From assembly GCA_963804955.1 (NCBI GenBank), contig CAWDSQ010000014.1:64001-128000 (forward strand): a stretch of 64,000 nt of DNA, given 5' to 3'. The notes beneath the pieces were generated by a model. The model saw nothing but the letters and a program-made list of their open reading frames with translations, ran no database searches and was not told the DNA's origin. The translations under genes and the position numbers were made by a program. Each line of letters opens with the position of its first letter. Position 1 is the stretch's first letter. Below are positions 1 through 11,174 of the stretch, piece after piece. Source of the DNA: an uncultured delta proteobacterium (GTDB lineage Bacteria > Desulfobacterota > WTBG01 > CAIYCZ01 > CAIRTM01).

Positions 1-1
1 T

Positions 2-874
2 GCCCGCGGTTCCGGAGAAATCCAGGTCAACAGCGCCCACGCAGCCGATTATCTGCGGCAATGCAAGCAGCGGACATTTGAAAGCAGCATGCCCGCGCTG
101 CTCGGCCTGGGCTGCGGCGGGATGAGCCTGTACCCGGGCACGATTCTGCTGGTCCTTGCCGCCATCGGCATAGCCGCGGCGCGCAGAGAGAAAAACCCGA
201 GGTGGTTTGGGTACTGCCTTGCCGGTTGCTGTCTTGCCGTGCTGCTCAGCCTGGGGCTGAATGTAAAGCTTGGCGGCTGGCAGCCCTATGAATTGCTGCG
301 CATGTATTATCCGGGCTTTCAGAAACTGCGCAGCCCCTTTCGATTCACCGTTTTTGCGCAGATATTTTTAGTGGTGTTTGCCGGATGGGCGCTGAGCGAG
401 CTTGCAAAGCGCCGGCTGTGGCTGGCTGTGCTGGCAACGGCCGTATGCGTGCTTGAGCTGCTTTCCGCGCCCATAAACCTGTACCGGTTTTCTATTGATG
501 CATTTCGCGACCCCTGGATTGCCTATATGCGGGAGCAGAAAGGGGCGGTGATGGCAATGGTGCCCTTCCCTGCAGACGGTAACGCCCACAGCTTCGAACA
601 CAATGTCAAAGGCATGCTCTATGGCCTTGAAGCCGGCGCTCCTCAGGCAAACGGCTATTCGGGTTTTTTCCCGGATTCATTCAATCATCTGTCACACGCT
701 ATGAAATCGTTTCCAGACAATGAAAGCCTGCGGCTGCTGAACACGGCCCGGGTCACTCATGTTGTTGTTGACAAAAGCTGGGTGAAGGAACATCCGGGCC
801 GTGATCCTGAAAATTTCGGGCTGCCCTATCTCACCGAAGACAGAAAAAAAATAATCTACGGCTTTCGGCAGTAG
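2..874 (+). CDS. Polytopic membrane protein, YfhO/GT-C-like (5'-partial)
   Basis: Frame is open from the window edge; several TM segments, LRSPFRF motif, C-terminal soluble domain with NGYSGFFP. Confidence 0.55.
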   Translation, partial: ARGSGEIQVNSAHAADYLRQCKQRTFESSMPALLGLGCGGMSLYPGTILLVLAAIGIAAARREKNPRWFGYCLAGCCLAVLLSLGLNVKLGGWQPYELLRMYYPGFQKLRSPFRFTVFAQIFLVVFAGWALSELAKRRLWLAVLATAVCVLELLSAPINLYRFSIDAFRDPWIAYMREQKGAVMAMVPFPADGNAHSFEHNVKGMLYGLEAGAPQANGYSGFFPDSFNHLSHAMKSFPDNESLRLLNTARVTHVVVDKSWVKEHPGRDPENFGLPYLTEDRKKIIYGFRQ

Positions 875-1066
875 AGCAGCTCACCTGCATATCGCACCAC
901 CATTCTGTTTTTGGCAACAGCAAAACTTTAAGACAGGCCACGTCAATACATTTGCCGCGGTGAAAAAAACCTGCACCGGCAACGGGTTGCCGGAATCTTT
1001 CTACCGTTTGTCCCCTGGCACGATGAAATCGCAGCATTCCTGACGACCATATCAGCCTTCAAGCAC

Positions 1067-1100
1067 AAAAAAAGCCCCTCGCAAAGGAGGGGCTTTTTTT
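1067..1100. terminator. Bidirectional intrinsic terminator
   Basis: A7-GCCCCTC-gcaaag-GAGGGGC-T7 between convergent genes. Confidence 0.85.
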
Positions 1101-1118
1101 GCTGACGATAAGCCTGCT

Positions 1119-1532
1119 TTATTCCGGGAGCTTGTCCTTTGTGTCTTTTTCGGTAAAATAGCTGTTGGCATCAGCGCCATAGGCCCGCACCTCAAGCCTG
1201 AACAAAACAGGATCTTTATCCCCGGACCGCCGGTATTCCACATCGGCTTCGCAGGGTATTTTCAGCTCGCTTAATTCAATGGCTCTGCCGTTCTCATCAA
1301 AGATCATAGGATTGTAGGGCACCACGAGCCGGTTGGTGTGAAGTTTGTCAAACCCGTTCTCCGACAGTATCAAAACAGCGGGCCCCTTGCCGCCAATGAC
1401 TGCTTTTGCCCGCTCGCTGACCATTTTCCCCTCATCCGCCGCAGAGGCCGTGGCTGACAGGCACAGCAGGCTTATGATACAGACAATAAACAGGCTCCTG
1501 CGGCAATGCAGGGTGGCAACTGTTTTCATCAT
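1119..1532 (-). CDS. Exported hypothetical protein at the end of the minor-pilin operon (PilY2-like position)
   Basis: Signal peptide ending ASA-A; start overlaps the pilY1 stop. Confidence 0.6.
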   Translation of the reverse strand: MMKTVATLHCRRSLFIVCIISLLCLSATASAADEGKMVSERAKAVIGGKGPAVLILSENGFDKLHTNRLVVPYNPMIFDENGRAIELSELKIPCEADVEYRRSGDKDPVLFRLEVRAYGADANSYFTEKDTKDKLPE

Positions 1533-4500
1533 CGTCCCTCCTTCCAGTTTTCAACACCGCTTTTGGTGTTGAATGCAGGTTTAATATCAATTTCGTTAAT
1601 GAGGCCGGTGCTCATCTGGCTGTACAGAGTGGCGCCGGCGCCCTTTTCCCTTGCCGCATGAACGCCGAAGCTCGAAGAAAGACCATAGCCCAAATCCATT
1701 GTATACTGTATTGCCGCTGTGTTATCCAGGCCTATCAGCACCGGCGCTTTATAGGCAGTGCCTGTTTCATAGTACAGAGCATAGAGGCTGCTGGTTCCGC
1801 CGAAGCCGCAGGTGTCGGTATTGGGCGTATAGGTCGGAAATATGGCAATGCCGCCAAACACCGTGGGTTTATTCACCATACGCTCAGACGGGCCGGTTCC
1901 GGGGTCTCTCAATTGTCTGTACCACCCCTGATACGATTCCAGCTGGGTCACTGTATCTGTCTTGCGCACTTCAGCCATGAGCTTGTCCCAGGTTGTCAAG
2001 CCCGTAATACCGCCGGTTATAGGCTGAACCACATTGTTCGGCTTTATGATATAGGGGTTCGAATAAAAAAGGTCCCCATGGGCCACGGCGCAGTCAGTGG
2101 CTGTGTAGCTGTGATAACACTCCGGCGCCGGTACCGTGCCGCCCGCCACTGTGCCGCGGGCATTATAAAACGGGTCTTTAACGCCCACAAGCCAGTTTGT
2201 GGCTGCTGTCGGTCTTATCGAGTGTTCAGCTGATATCTGCCGGACCCCAGATACAGCCATACATTGTCCTTTTTATCGGAGCTTATGGTAAAAGGAGCGC
2301 TGACCAGCGGCAGGTCCGGATCGTCGACCATTTTGGTCCATGTCCAGCTGGCAGGGTCCTTGTTATAGCGGGCTTCAAAGCCTTCGATATACGGACTATT
2401 GGTTATGGGAATGCCCACGCGGTACACCTTGCTTCTGTTCAGAAACCACCCCGTACCATTCCAATAGTTGCTTGCCGCATAGATAGCATCAACGCTGTAA
2501 TTGAGCGACTTGTCTATGGCAATGGGTGTATTCATATAGGAGTAGGTTTCCGCTGTCCTGAATTGTCTTTTCAGCTCCCCGGTCTTGATATCGACTATAT
2601 AAAGGCTGCTCTGAACTGCGCCTACCCACCCGTTGAAGTCGTCAAACCCCGATCCCATAACTAAATACCATGCATCATCAGTATTCCAGGTTTTCGTCGG
2701 GCCATTAAAGGTTCTCCCGACCGAAATAACCGTCGGCTGATTGATCGTGAGCCCCAGGCCGGGAAACCACTTGTCCCATAACAGCTGCGGGTTGCGCGGA
2801 TCGGTTATGTCGATGGCGAAATAGCTCGAATAGTAGTCGCCGACCTTCGTTCCGAGGGCATTGTTTACCCATATATATTTGCCGCCGAAATTCATGCCGC
2901 CGACAAGCACCGTGCCCCAGCCGCCGGGATGCACCGCATCATCGGCAAATATGCGCACGTCGATAACCTTCGGCTTCAGGTCAACATACGGGACATGCAC
3001 AAGGGAATCATAACTGGTGCTTGAAAGCCATTTCAAATGCGGCAGCAGCGCCCGGGGAATATAGGCCCACAGCTCGTCGCCGACACGCTCCGGCGTACCG
3101 CTTCTCGGCGAAAACCCATGGGTTGACTTATTGAAAACGCCCCCGGTGAAAGCATGCAGCATGCCGTCGTTGCCGCCCACATACACAACCGACTCGCGCG
3201 CGGTTGTGGCATTGTCGCCATATTTATCAACAAAAGCCTGATAGCTTGTATCATCATAAATAAGGCCGTATTTTTCCACGGGCCGCGTAATGGTGACCGG
3301 CGTCGAGTAGACAATATCGCCCAGCTTCCATACTTTGCTGTCCAGCATGCGGTCGCGCACGAAGACAGTCCCCTGAAGGGCTGCGCCGCCCAGGCCGTCG
3401 CCGGTTTTATCAATGCCGCGGATAAAATTGATCAGGTTGGCGCTCCGCATGTCGATATCGGCGCCCAGATAATTATAGTCGCCGAGAAGCGTATCCTGAA
3501 CGCCCAGAAAAGGCTTTATTTGAGCTGCATTGGCAGCGGTGAACTCGATACAGCTGCCGCTGCCGAAAGCTGTGGGGCTCGATATGGCCGGCATATCGCC
3601 CACATAGGTATATATCTTTCTCTCGTCGGCCGGCCTGTCGGCAAGCAGGCTGCCTGCCTCCCATATGGCAGAGCTCCCCAGCTCCTCAAGGGTTATATTG
3701 TCGGAGTCAGCCGTATCCTTGTCAGGATAGGGATCATCTCGCGCTGACCGCATAGCGCTTGACCCTGGTCTCACTGGATTGCCGTATCAAAATAATAGCT
3801 CACAATCTTGTCGACATCCAGTTCAAGGCTTTTGTTTTTATTGGTATCTTCGCGTATATTGCCCTTGGGGTCGACCCACAGCGACTGCAGATACCCGACC
3901 CAGTTCACCTCAGCCACGTCCGCGGTGATGCCCGGCCTGAATATGGCCTGCACCAGCGTGCCCTCGCCCTCGCCGGTGGTGGCAAGCACCGACACTGCCG
4001 TGCCCGAAGCAGCCTTGTTCAGAATGGCATTGATGGCGGCCAGCAGCTGCTTCTCCAGCATGATAGCCGTCCTCGGCCTCGTAAAAATTATCCGGCAGGC
4101 CGTCGCCGTTGCGGTCCCATTCTCGCCGATCCGCCGGGGGCCACAGGGTAAAATTACCGTCATTTGAATACCCGTCGGGCTTTTTATTGTTGTTGCGGTC
4201 GTCGAAGCCGCCGTTCATGGCCGTTTCGGTGAGCAGCTTTTTGGCGTCAGGGTCCTTGCCGAAGGCATAGATCACAAAGGTGTCCATGACCTGCGTTCCG
4301 TCCAGGTCCGGCGCGCAGATCAGTGACATGGCTGTACAGGGCCACATCATCGAGATAGTCGCTGCCGTCGCTGTCATAGGTGCGTGTCGTTTCATTGGTG
4401 TCGCCGTCAAAATTTCTGACTGCCGCCGGTATGTTTTTATCGCTGGTCGGCACGCCGTCGGTGAGCATGAGCACAAAGCTTTTGGCGCAGGGAATCAGAG

Positions 4501-6759
4501 CTTTACCATCATAGAAAGGGTCTGTCGTGGCCTGGACCCCCCACGGGCTGGCAGTTTTGAGTATACCCTGAAGGGAGGGTGCATCTCTGGGCGAAATACT
4601 TCATGGCCGTATACAGGGTTTCGGCAAGGGGCGTCGCCGTGCTCATGTCCGGTGCTCTGGAAATCATTGACAATGTCCTGAACGCCGCCGCCGATGGCGC
4701 TTGCAACCCTGCCGCCTTCATTTGATGTGAGTCGAACCAGATATTGCCCCACCGGGCCTGATCGCCCACTTTCTGTATGATGCCGCAGGGATTGCCCGCC
4801 TCCGTGCCGGAGGAGCAGAAATAATCGGGCTCCTTCTCCTGCGTCACTTGCCACTTCGACGACAAAACTGGCGGTCGGGCTGTCCCAGGGGTTATTGCCG
4901 TCGGAGGTATAGCCCGCAGTGGTTGTTTTCACATACAGCTTGCCGCCTTTCACACCGTACCAGGCTTCATCATAGGGAGTCGGTTTGGGGTCATCATCGC
5001 CTCCGGCATAATAATAGGTCTGCCAGTAGCGGCTAGTCTGCGCCGGAACTTCGCCCTGCAGATTTGCCATTGCCGTTGCAGGTCTCGCAGGGCCTCTTGC
5101 CGCCCATGAGGGCTTTTCTCAGCACATCGATGCGGCGCATGGTGAGCCAGTTGAGGAAATTGCCGCTCCAGGCGCCGGCAGCGTCATCGCGGCGAAACAC
5201 ATTTGAGCTATAGGTGTAGCGGGCATCGGGGTTAAAATAGCCGTAATATTTTTTCGGCACGCAGGGCTCATACTCTATGACCAGAATCGGGCTTTTGGAC
5301 GCGCTGCTGTTATAGGAATGCGCCCGCCGGCGGCTGCCGGCATCGCCGGTGATTTTAAACACCATGGCATTGCCGGCATTCCAGCCGGAGCGATTGATGA
5401 TTTCCTGCACAATGGCTTTCAGGTCGGGCGTTGTGGCATTGGCCTGGGAATCTGTCGTCCACTGCCCCACATCAGCCCAGGTGACTTTGGCTGTTGTTTC
5501 GGCTCTGCCCGATATGTTGCCGATAGTCGGGCTGGATGAAGTTCCAGCGTTGAACGTAGCCGCATCGTCTGCAGCCTGCCCTGCTATATACAGGGTTGCC
5601 GGATCAGTGATGTTATCGCCGGAATCCGCATAGGCCGTAAAAATTATTTTAGCGCTGGTAATCACAACGGGCACGCCGTCAACCGACCGGGGAATCTGGA
5701 TATTATCGAACCGTATGCCCGCAACCTGGCCAGCCTGGTTGCTGCAGTAGTTGATGGAGGTTGTGGTGGTGGTAGGCACGGTGGTGGTGTGAGGTGGTGG
5801 CGCTGCTGCAGTGGTCGCTATGATCGTCGCAGTCGCGCCCGTGACTCAAACAGGTATGCGACAGACAGCTGCACCTGGACCCGTGTTGAGAGGAGTTGCC
5901 GCAGTTGTGGCTGTGATCACAGTGGTCATTCCACGCATTACGTGCCTGATTACTGTTATGGGGCCGCACACCATATGCTCCAGACAAGGGCAGTCAGAAA
6001 AGGAGTTAGTGTGCGTGCAGTTGTGGTTTCCCCCGTCAGCAACCATATAGGGTTTGCGCTCCTTTTCCCGCGACAGGTACCACTCATCAACAATAACGCC
6101 GTCGGCCTGGCTGCTATCAATGCCATAGGGCTCAAGCTCAAGGCCTTTGCCCCGGGGACCGGCAAATCTCATGCCCGCTGCGGCTCTGCCTGCTGACAGG
6201 CAGCATGTCCGCATCGCTCATGGTCAGGGGGGTAGCGCCCTGCCACCTGAAAACCGGCCACAGAAGGAATGCTCAGCACGGGAACCATCCGGCCTGCAGA
6301 ACCTGAAGCGCTGCCGGACTGCCCGCGGGCGATCTGCAGCTGCGGCATAATGCCGGCTGTTATCGACTGCTCATCGGTAATCAGGTCAAGATCCGGGCTG
6401 GTGAGCATGTTCACGCCGCAATAGTAAATTTTTCGATCGCTCAGGCGCTCTTCAGCATCATCACTGCCGTTGGTCACATGAACGGCAATCCTGCACCTGA
6501 CGCCTTGATACGAGGCATTTGCCAGCTCGGTGCCGCTGTCTAAACCGTCCACATCGGGATTATAGGGATCGGGATAGGCCGGAAAGTTCATGCTGCCGGA
6601 ATTGTCCAGCATGACGAGAATATTGGGCATGACCGACGATGACTGAAAAATGGGCAGCGAGCTGTAGCTTGCCATCTGGGGCTCGGCCCCGCGGGCGGTT
6701 GCCGTGCACAGCAGCGCAACAGCAAGGCTCAATGCCGCGCAAAGTATATGTTTTCTCAT
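1529..6759 (-). CDS. pilY1: Type IV pilus tip adhesin PilY1/PilC (multiple frameshifts)
   Basis: Fragments give a signal peptide, MPNILVMLDNSGSM, WSGNFLNWLTMRRIDVLRKALMGG, LTDG, WKLGDIVYSTP, VYVGGNDGMLHAF, ELWAYIP, GWGTVLVGGM and C-terminal CGFGGTSSLYALYYETGT; follows pilX. Confidence 0.9.
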
Positions 6760-6802
6760 TGCATGACCTCTTTTGAAAAAAGTTTTTATTCCGGCTGCAG
6801 GG

Positions 6803-7598
6803 CTAAATCCCCGTAGGCAGAAGCCCCCACCCGATCGACTGTTCGGATTTAGGAGCTGTCTGGCTTTCAATATTTTTGCCGGGCACCGTTGCGCTGCAGT
6901 TAAAAACATAGGAGATTTTCACAGACATGCCCGCGCCTCCGTCCGCGCCGGACCCGAACTCGGCAACACCGCCCGCGGAATATTTTACCGCCACCTTGTC
7001 CACATCAACATCTATAACAAGCGTTGTCGGCCCGTATGCGCATATCGGGGCAGGCATCGACCCCTGCTGCCTCCTTCTCCGCCTTGGTGGCCTCATTCAA
7101 AGCAAAAGGGTCGTCGATGGGCTTGTAGGCAGCCTTATGCGCCGTATCCGCCCTGGAATATTTGCCCCAGTTGTTCCATCTGGTCCCGTAGACCATGTCG
7201 AAATCCCTGCCTTCAAACAGAAAATTGCCGTCTAAAATCTGAATAACGCCCTCGTCGGCCTCCGCATCAGAATCGTAGTCATTCAGATACACGGGAGAGT
7301 CGCAGGTGGCGTCCCATCTGCCCTCGCCAAGCGTTCTTGCCACGGGTATAGACCCGAGCGGCATGCCCGACTCGGCCATGCTGAAAACCTTCTTCACGAT
7401 CACCTCATTGTTGGTGATATCGGTTTCATCCACGCTCGTATTCATGGCCCCGACGCCAAGAAGCGTGCAGACGGCCAGCAGAAACATGACGAAAGCCAGA
7501 ATAAACCCGCCCTCATTGCGGAGTATGCCTGCCGGATATTCCCGGGGCGCGGCATCAGAGCCTGAACTTTTTTTTGCAGTCATGCGCATCATACACAC
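6803..7598 (-). CDS. pilX: Minor pilin PilX-like (frameshifted near 7010)
   Basis: NEGGFILAFVMFLL prepilin-like helix without E5; ITNN...FSMAESG PilX N-terminal motif; operon position. Confidence 0.75.
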
Positions 7599-8288
7599 CT
7601 ATGCTCCCCACATGCTTGCCCCGACGACAAAGCGCAATGTTACGCCCCTGCTGCGGATGAAAGCGTTTATATAGATAATTGAAATTTCGATGGTGGCCGT
7701 ATTAACCACCGGCACATTGGCTGCAATTCGCCACACCATGCGCGAGCCCGCCGGCGCCGGCGGCGGCATGTCCTGTACCTCAAAAGGTATATACACCTCC
7801 GACGAGCCCTGTTTTCTGAATTGCAACTGCACGGTATACCCCTCGGTCGTAACAAAGGGCCTAACGCCATTGAACATATCCACAAGCTCCTGCCTCGTGG
7901 CCGGCATCTCCACCTGAACAAAGGGGGACGGCGGGAGCTGCGGCTCGAGCAGAAATACGTTCATCGTCACATTGTCGTAGACAGCCATTTTATCGTTGGG
8001 ATTATCTTCATCAAGACTGGTCAGCAAGACGAAATTCTCCGGGTGCAATGTCTGGATATCCCCGAAATAGACACTCGTGTCCTGGTTGGGGTTTTTCATC
8101 AAGCCGGTCAGCCACTCCTCCCAGGCCAGGGCAATGCCCGCGCCGGAGGACTGCGAATTGGCGAACATGGAGCCCTCCAGAGCCGTCATCTGCATGGCTG
8201 CGACGCCCGTAAGGCCAATGCACAGAACCATGGTGGCTATCATCATCTCCACAAGAGAGAATCCCCTGTTGTCACGAATTACCCGCAT
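7599..8288 (-). CDS. pilV: Minor pilin PilV-like
   Basis: RG|FSLVEMMIATMVLCIGLTGVAAMQ N-methylation motif. Confidence 0.8.
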   Translation of the reverse strand: MRVIRDNRGFSLVEMMIATMVLCIGLTGVAAMQMTALEGSMFANSQSSGAGIALAWEEWLTGLMKNPNQDTSVYFGDIQTLHPENFVLLTSLDEDNPNDKMAVYDNVTMNVFLLEPQLPPSPFVQVEMPATRQELVDMFNGVRPFVTTEGYTVQLQFRKQGSSEVYIPFEVQDMPPPAPAGSRMVWRIAANVPVVNTATIEISIIYINAFIRSRGVTLRFVVGASMWGA

Positions 8289-8317
8289 GGCTTTGTCTCC
8301 CCGAATCGCACCTCTGG

Positions 8318-9112
8318 TTAGCCTTGATCCTGCAGCGACATGTTTCTGCACTGTATATTGGTTATGACCCGCCTGCGCTTGTACGAGTCGTTAAACGCGC
8401 CCCCGCTCGGGCCCCATTTTGTTCCGCTCGCGGAAGTCCAGAGCGTTGTATCTGTAATGCCCCTCAGCCGCGTGCGGGTGCGCATCAACAGGCTCACCGT
8501 TACCGAGCGGATTTCGGCCAATGAATGCCCCGCAGCCACGGGATCAGTGTGCGCTGTGCCGTCGCTCATGTTGTACAAAAACTCAAGCGCCTGAACACCC
8601 TCGACAACATCCTGCGCATTAGCGCTCGTCGTCGCGTTGAAGGTCTTTTGCACCGCTGTTGTTTTTTTCACATCATTGGGAATGCCATCGAGGTTGGCGT
8701 CGTTTTTGAGGGCATAGCGTATGGTTTCAGCCACGCAGTCTGTGCAGGGAGATGAAATAATGTCACCGTCGGGCATAGTGTCGCAGCCTGCGCCCGTGCA
8801 ATCCGGCGCCCCCCGCGGCCTGCCCAGATCAGCCGTAAAGGCGATTTCACCGGGCTTTGCTATCAAAAAGCCGGCCTGGCCCTCCTTGTACACATCATAG
8901 CCTGCCATGCGCAAATCTTTTTCCAGAAAAAACTCAAACGCCCGAATATTCTGCTGCATTTCAACCAGCTGCTCCTGCAAAAAGTAGCTGCGCTGCTGCA
9001 CGCTGTACATGGCATAGGCGGCCGCTGAAACACCTCCGAAAATCCCCACGACTATTATGAGTTCAACCAGGGTAAAGCCACGGGCTCCCATTGCTGTCGG
9101 CTTTATTTTCAT
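8318..9112 (-). CDS. pilW: Minor pilin PilW-like
   Basis: RG|FTLVELII, MQQNIRA...DLRMAGY, C-terminal IRSVTVSLL...RN; the start could be upstream (9154). Confidence 0.85.
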   Translation of the reverse strand: MKIKPTAMGARGFTLVELIIVVGIFGGVSAAAYAMYSVQQRSYFLQEQLVEMQQNIRAFEFFLEKDLRMAGYDVYKEGQAGFLIAKPGEIAFTADLGRPRGAPDCTGAGCDTMPDGDIISSPCTDCVAETIRYALKNDANLDGIPNDVKKTTAVQKTFNATTSANAQDVVEGVQALEFLYNMSDGTAHTDPVAAGHSLAEIRSVTVSLLMRTRTRLRGITDTTLWTSASGTKWGPSGGAFNDSYKRRRVITNIQCRNMSLQDQG

Positions 9113-9146
9113 AGACATCCTTCCCGCATGATATGTATGTGCAAAG

Positions 9147-9656
9147 CTATTCAAGACACGTTATGACAGCGCCATTGCCGTCTGTGGTTCCGCACTTCTC
9201 CATAACGACATTGGCAGCCAAAGATGAAATGCCGATGCGGTAGCCCTGCTTCTTGCTATTCTGCAGATACACATACCCTCTCACATTGCCGGTCAGGCCC
9301 AGGGTATTAAAGGTAAGCTTATTTTCGGGGAAACTCAGCTTTGTGCTTCTGCCCGGAAAGCCAAACCTGATGCCGCCGTATTCTTCAGGTATGGCTACAT
9401 GTTTATTAATGCCCAGTTTATCAATGGTATATGAATCTGCAGCCACATCAAATTCAATCACAACATTTCGGTTGAACTTGATCGCCATGCTCCTGGCTTT
9501 GCGCAAACCAGAGACCATATCACGGGCCGCCCTGGTTAAATTGTACGAAGGAAGCGTTGATACTACCGTCATAGTGCCAATACCCCCCAATATGCCAATG
9601 ATGGCAACGACAATCATGAGCTCTACTAAAGTAAAACCCTTTGCTCTGTGGTGCAT
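9147..9656 (-). CDS. fimT: FimT/FimU (GspH-like) minor pilin
   Basis: KG|FTLVELMIVVAIIGIL, LRKARSMAI, LTFNTLG; AAGGAG RBS. Confidence 0.8.
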   Translation of the reverse strand: MHHRAKGFTLVELMIVVAIIGILGGIGTMTVVSTLPSYNLTRAARDMVSGLRKARSMAIKFNRNVVIEFDVAADSYTIDKLGINKHVAIPEEYGGIRFGFPGRSTKLSFPENKLTFNTLGLTGNVRGYVYLQNSKKQGYRIGISSLAANVVMEKCGTTDGNGAVITCLE

Positions 9657-9684
9657 TGGCAGTCTCCTTTTGGTGGAAATAAAC

Positions 9685-9700
9685 AGCACAAGGCGTGCCA
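9685..9700 (-). promoter_or_regulatory. Sigma-54 (-24/-12) promoter of the minor-pilin operon
   Basis: Minus strand TGGCAC-GCCTT-GTGCT with correct GG/GC spacing, just upstream of the fimT RBS. Confidence 0.65.
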
Positions 9701-9864
9701 CCTTGAATTAAAATTTCAAGTATTTGTTTTTGCTTGTTTTTTAAGTTTTAGAGGGGATATCTTTTTCAGTAGTGTCGGCAAAACTATAAAAAAACTTTAT
9801 AGAAATATAAATAAATATTCTATGGCATGCGGGGTTGGCACCCGGTGGGGTTCTCGAGGAAAGC

Positions 9865-10210
9865 GATGCTCCCTGCCTGTGAGGCGGGGCATCCTGGAGT
9901 TAAAAATTGATTTAGAACATTTTTTCTCTATTCTGTCATCTCGACCGCAGGGAGAGATCTTAGAGCATGTACGAAAAGCCAAAGCACCTTCTGTTTTGTC
10001 ATTCTGAGCGCAGCGAAGAATCTCGTGGTTTTAATGCATTCAGGGATCCTTCACTTCGTTCAGGATGGCAGTACATGACTTTTCATACACGCTCTCAGGC
10101 TGAATGACAACCAGGGTGTTACGATTGATGCGCAATGGAGCAACCTGCGGACTCATCCGCTTGCGGCGGATTCGAAATGACAATAAGGCTGAGCCCTTTA
10201 GAAAAATGCT
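9865..10210. repeat. Nested REP/MITE-like palindromic elements (locus A)
   Basis: Hairpin 9865-9893; TGTCATCTCGA...TCGAAATGACA (9934-10182); IR 9962-9980/10077-10095; inner TGTCATTCTGAGCGCAGCGAAGAATCTC...TTCAGGATGGCA (9997-10070). Confidence 0.8.
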
Positions 10211-10325
10211 GCGGAACAATCCCGTGCTCCCGCACAGGAAAACTATCACTTGAGTTCTTCTGTTTCAGCCTCAGCCCGCTGCACGGTCTCTGCTTCACTG
10301 CTGCAGTGACGTCGCAGCGGGGGTG

Positions 10326-11174
10326 TCAGGCATAGCTGTGCAGGCCCGACAGCAGATAATTCACCCCGAGGAAGGTAAACAGCACGCAGACAAAACCGAC
10401 AATGGAGATGATGGCGGCGCGCCTGCCCCGCCAGTCGCGCGTGAGCCGGGCATGCAGAAAAGCCGCGTAAATGAACCAGGTGATGAGCGACCAGGTTTCC
10501 TTGGGGTCCCAGCCCCAGTAGCTGCCCCAGGCATAATTGGCCCAGACCGAGCCGGTGATGATGCCCACGGTCAGCAGCAGAAAGCCGATGGCGATGGTTT
10601 TGTAGATGATCTCGTCGATGGCCTCAAGCGACGGCATCACGTCGGTGCTCTTCACGGGCTGCTGCCCCGCGCCCTGCATGCTGCCCGCCTTGAACAGATA
10701 GACGATGCTCGAGACAAACGATACGGCAAAAGCAGAATAGCCGAGAAAGCAGGTAATCACATGATAGGTCAGCCAGTTGCTCTGCAGTGCCGGTATAAGG
10801 GGTGCTATCTCGCTTTGCACGCTCGGCGACAAAGAAGCGTAGGCCATGGCAATCGATATGATGGGAAAAACCAGGGCGCCCATGAGCTTCACCTTGTAGC
10901 GCAGCTCAATATAAAAGAAAACAATCATGGTCGTCCAGGACAGGGAAACCAGGGACTCGTAAAAATTCGCCAGCGGTATATGCCCGTAGCCGACCTGGTA
11001 GGACTCATACCAGCGAAACCCCAGGCCTGCGGTGTGCGCGGTAAAACCAAGCACCGCAAGGCCCATAAGGGCGGCATAAAACTTTTTGCCGCGGAAGAAC
11101 AGATAGGCGAAGTTGCCCGCCATGCAGAGAAGATAGACAAGCGTTGTTACGCCCAGAAGCTTTGAGCTGATCAT
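10326..11174 (-). CDS. ccsA: System II cytochrome c synthase CcsA/ResC
   Basis: WWD domain WANYAWGSYWGWDPKETW; LQSNWLTYHV; C-terminal GLHSY. Confidence 0.95.
   Translation of the reverse strand: MISSKLLGVTTLVYLLCMAGNFAYLFFRGKKFYAALMGLAVLGFTAHTAGLGFRWYESYQVGYGHIPLANFYESLVSLSWTTMIVFFYIELRYKVKLMGALVFPIISIAMAYASLSPSVQSEIAPLIPALQSNWLTYHVITCFLGYSAFAVSFVSSIVYLFKAGSMQGAGQQPVKSTDVMPSLEAIDEIIYKTIAIGFLLLTVGIITGSVWANYAWGSYWGWDPKETWSLITWFIYAAFLHARLTRDWRGRRAAIISIVGFVCVLFTFLGVNYLLSGLHSYA

Noticed and set aside
5846..5848. In-frame TGA linking ORFs 5846-6214 and 5033-5779 as possible selenocysteine/readthrough
   Set aside because: No recognisable SECIS hairpin; the Cys/His repeat frame explains the region better through two compensating indels.
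9865..10210. CRISPR array or integron attC sites
   Set aside because: Repeats are nested palindromes, not direct repeats with spacers; no cas or integrase gene.
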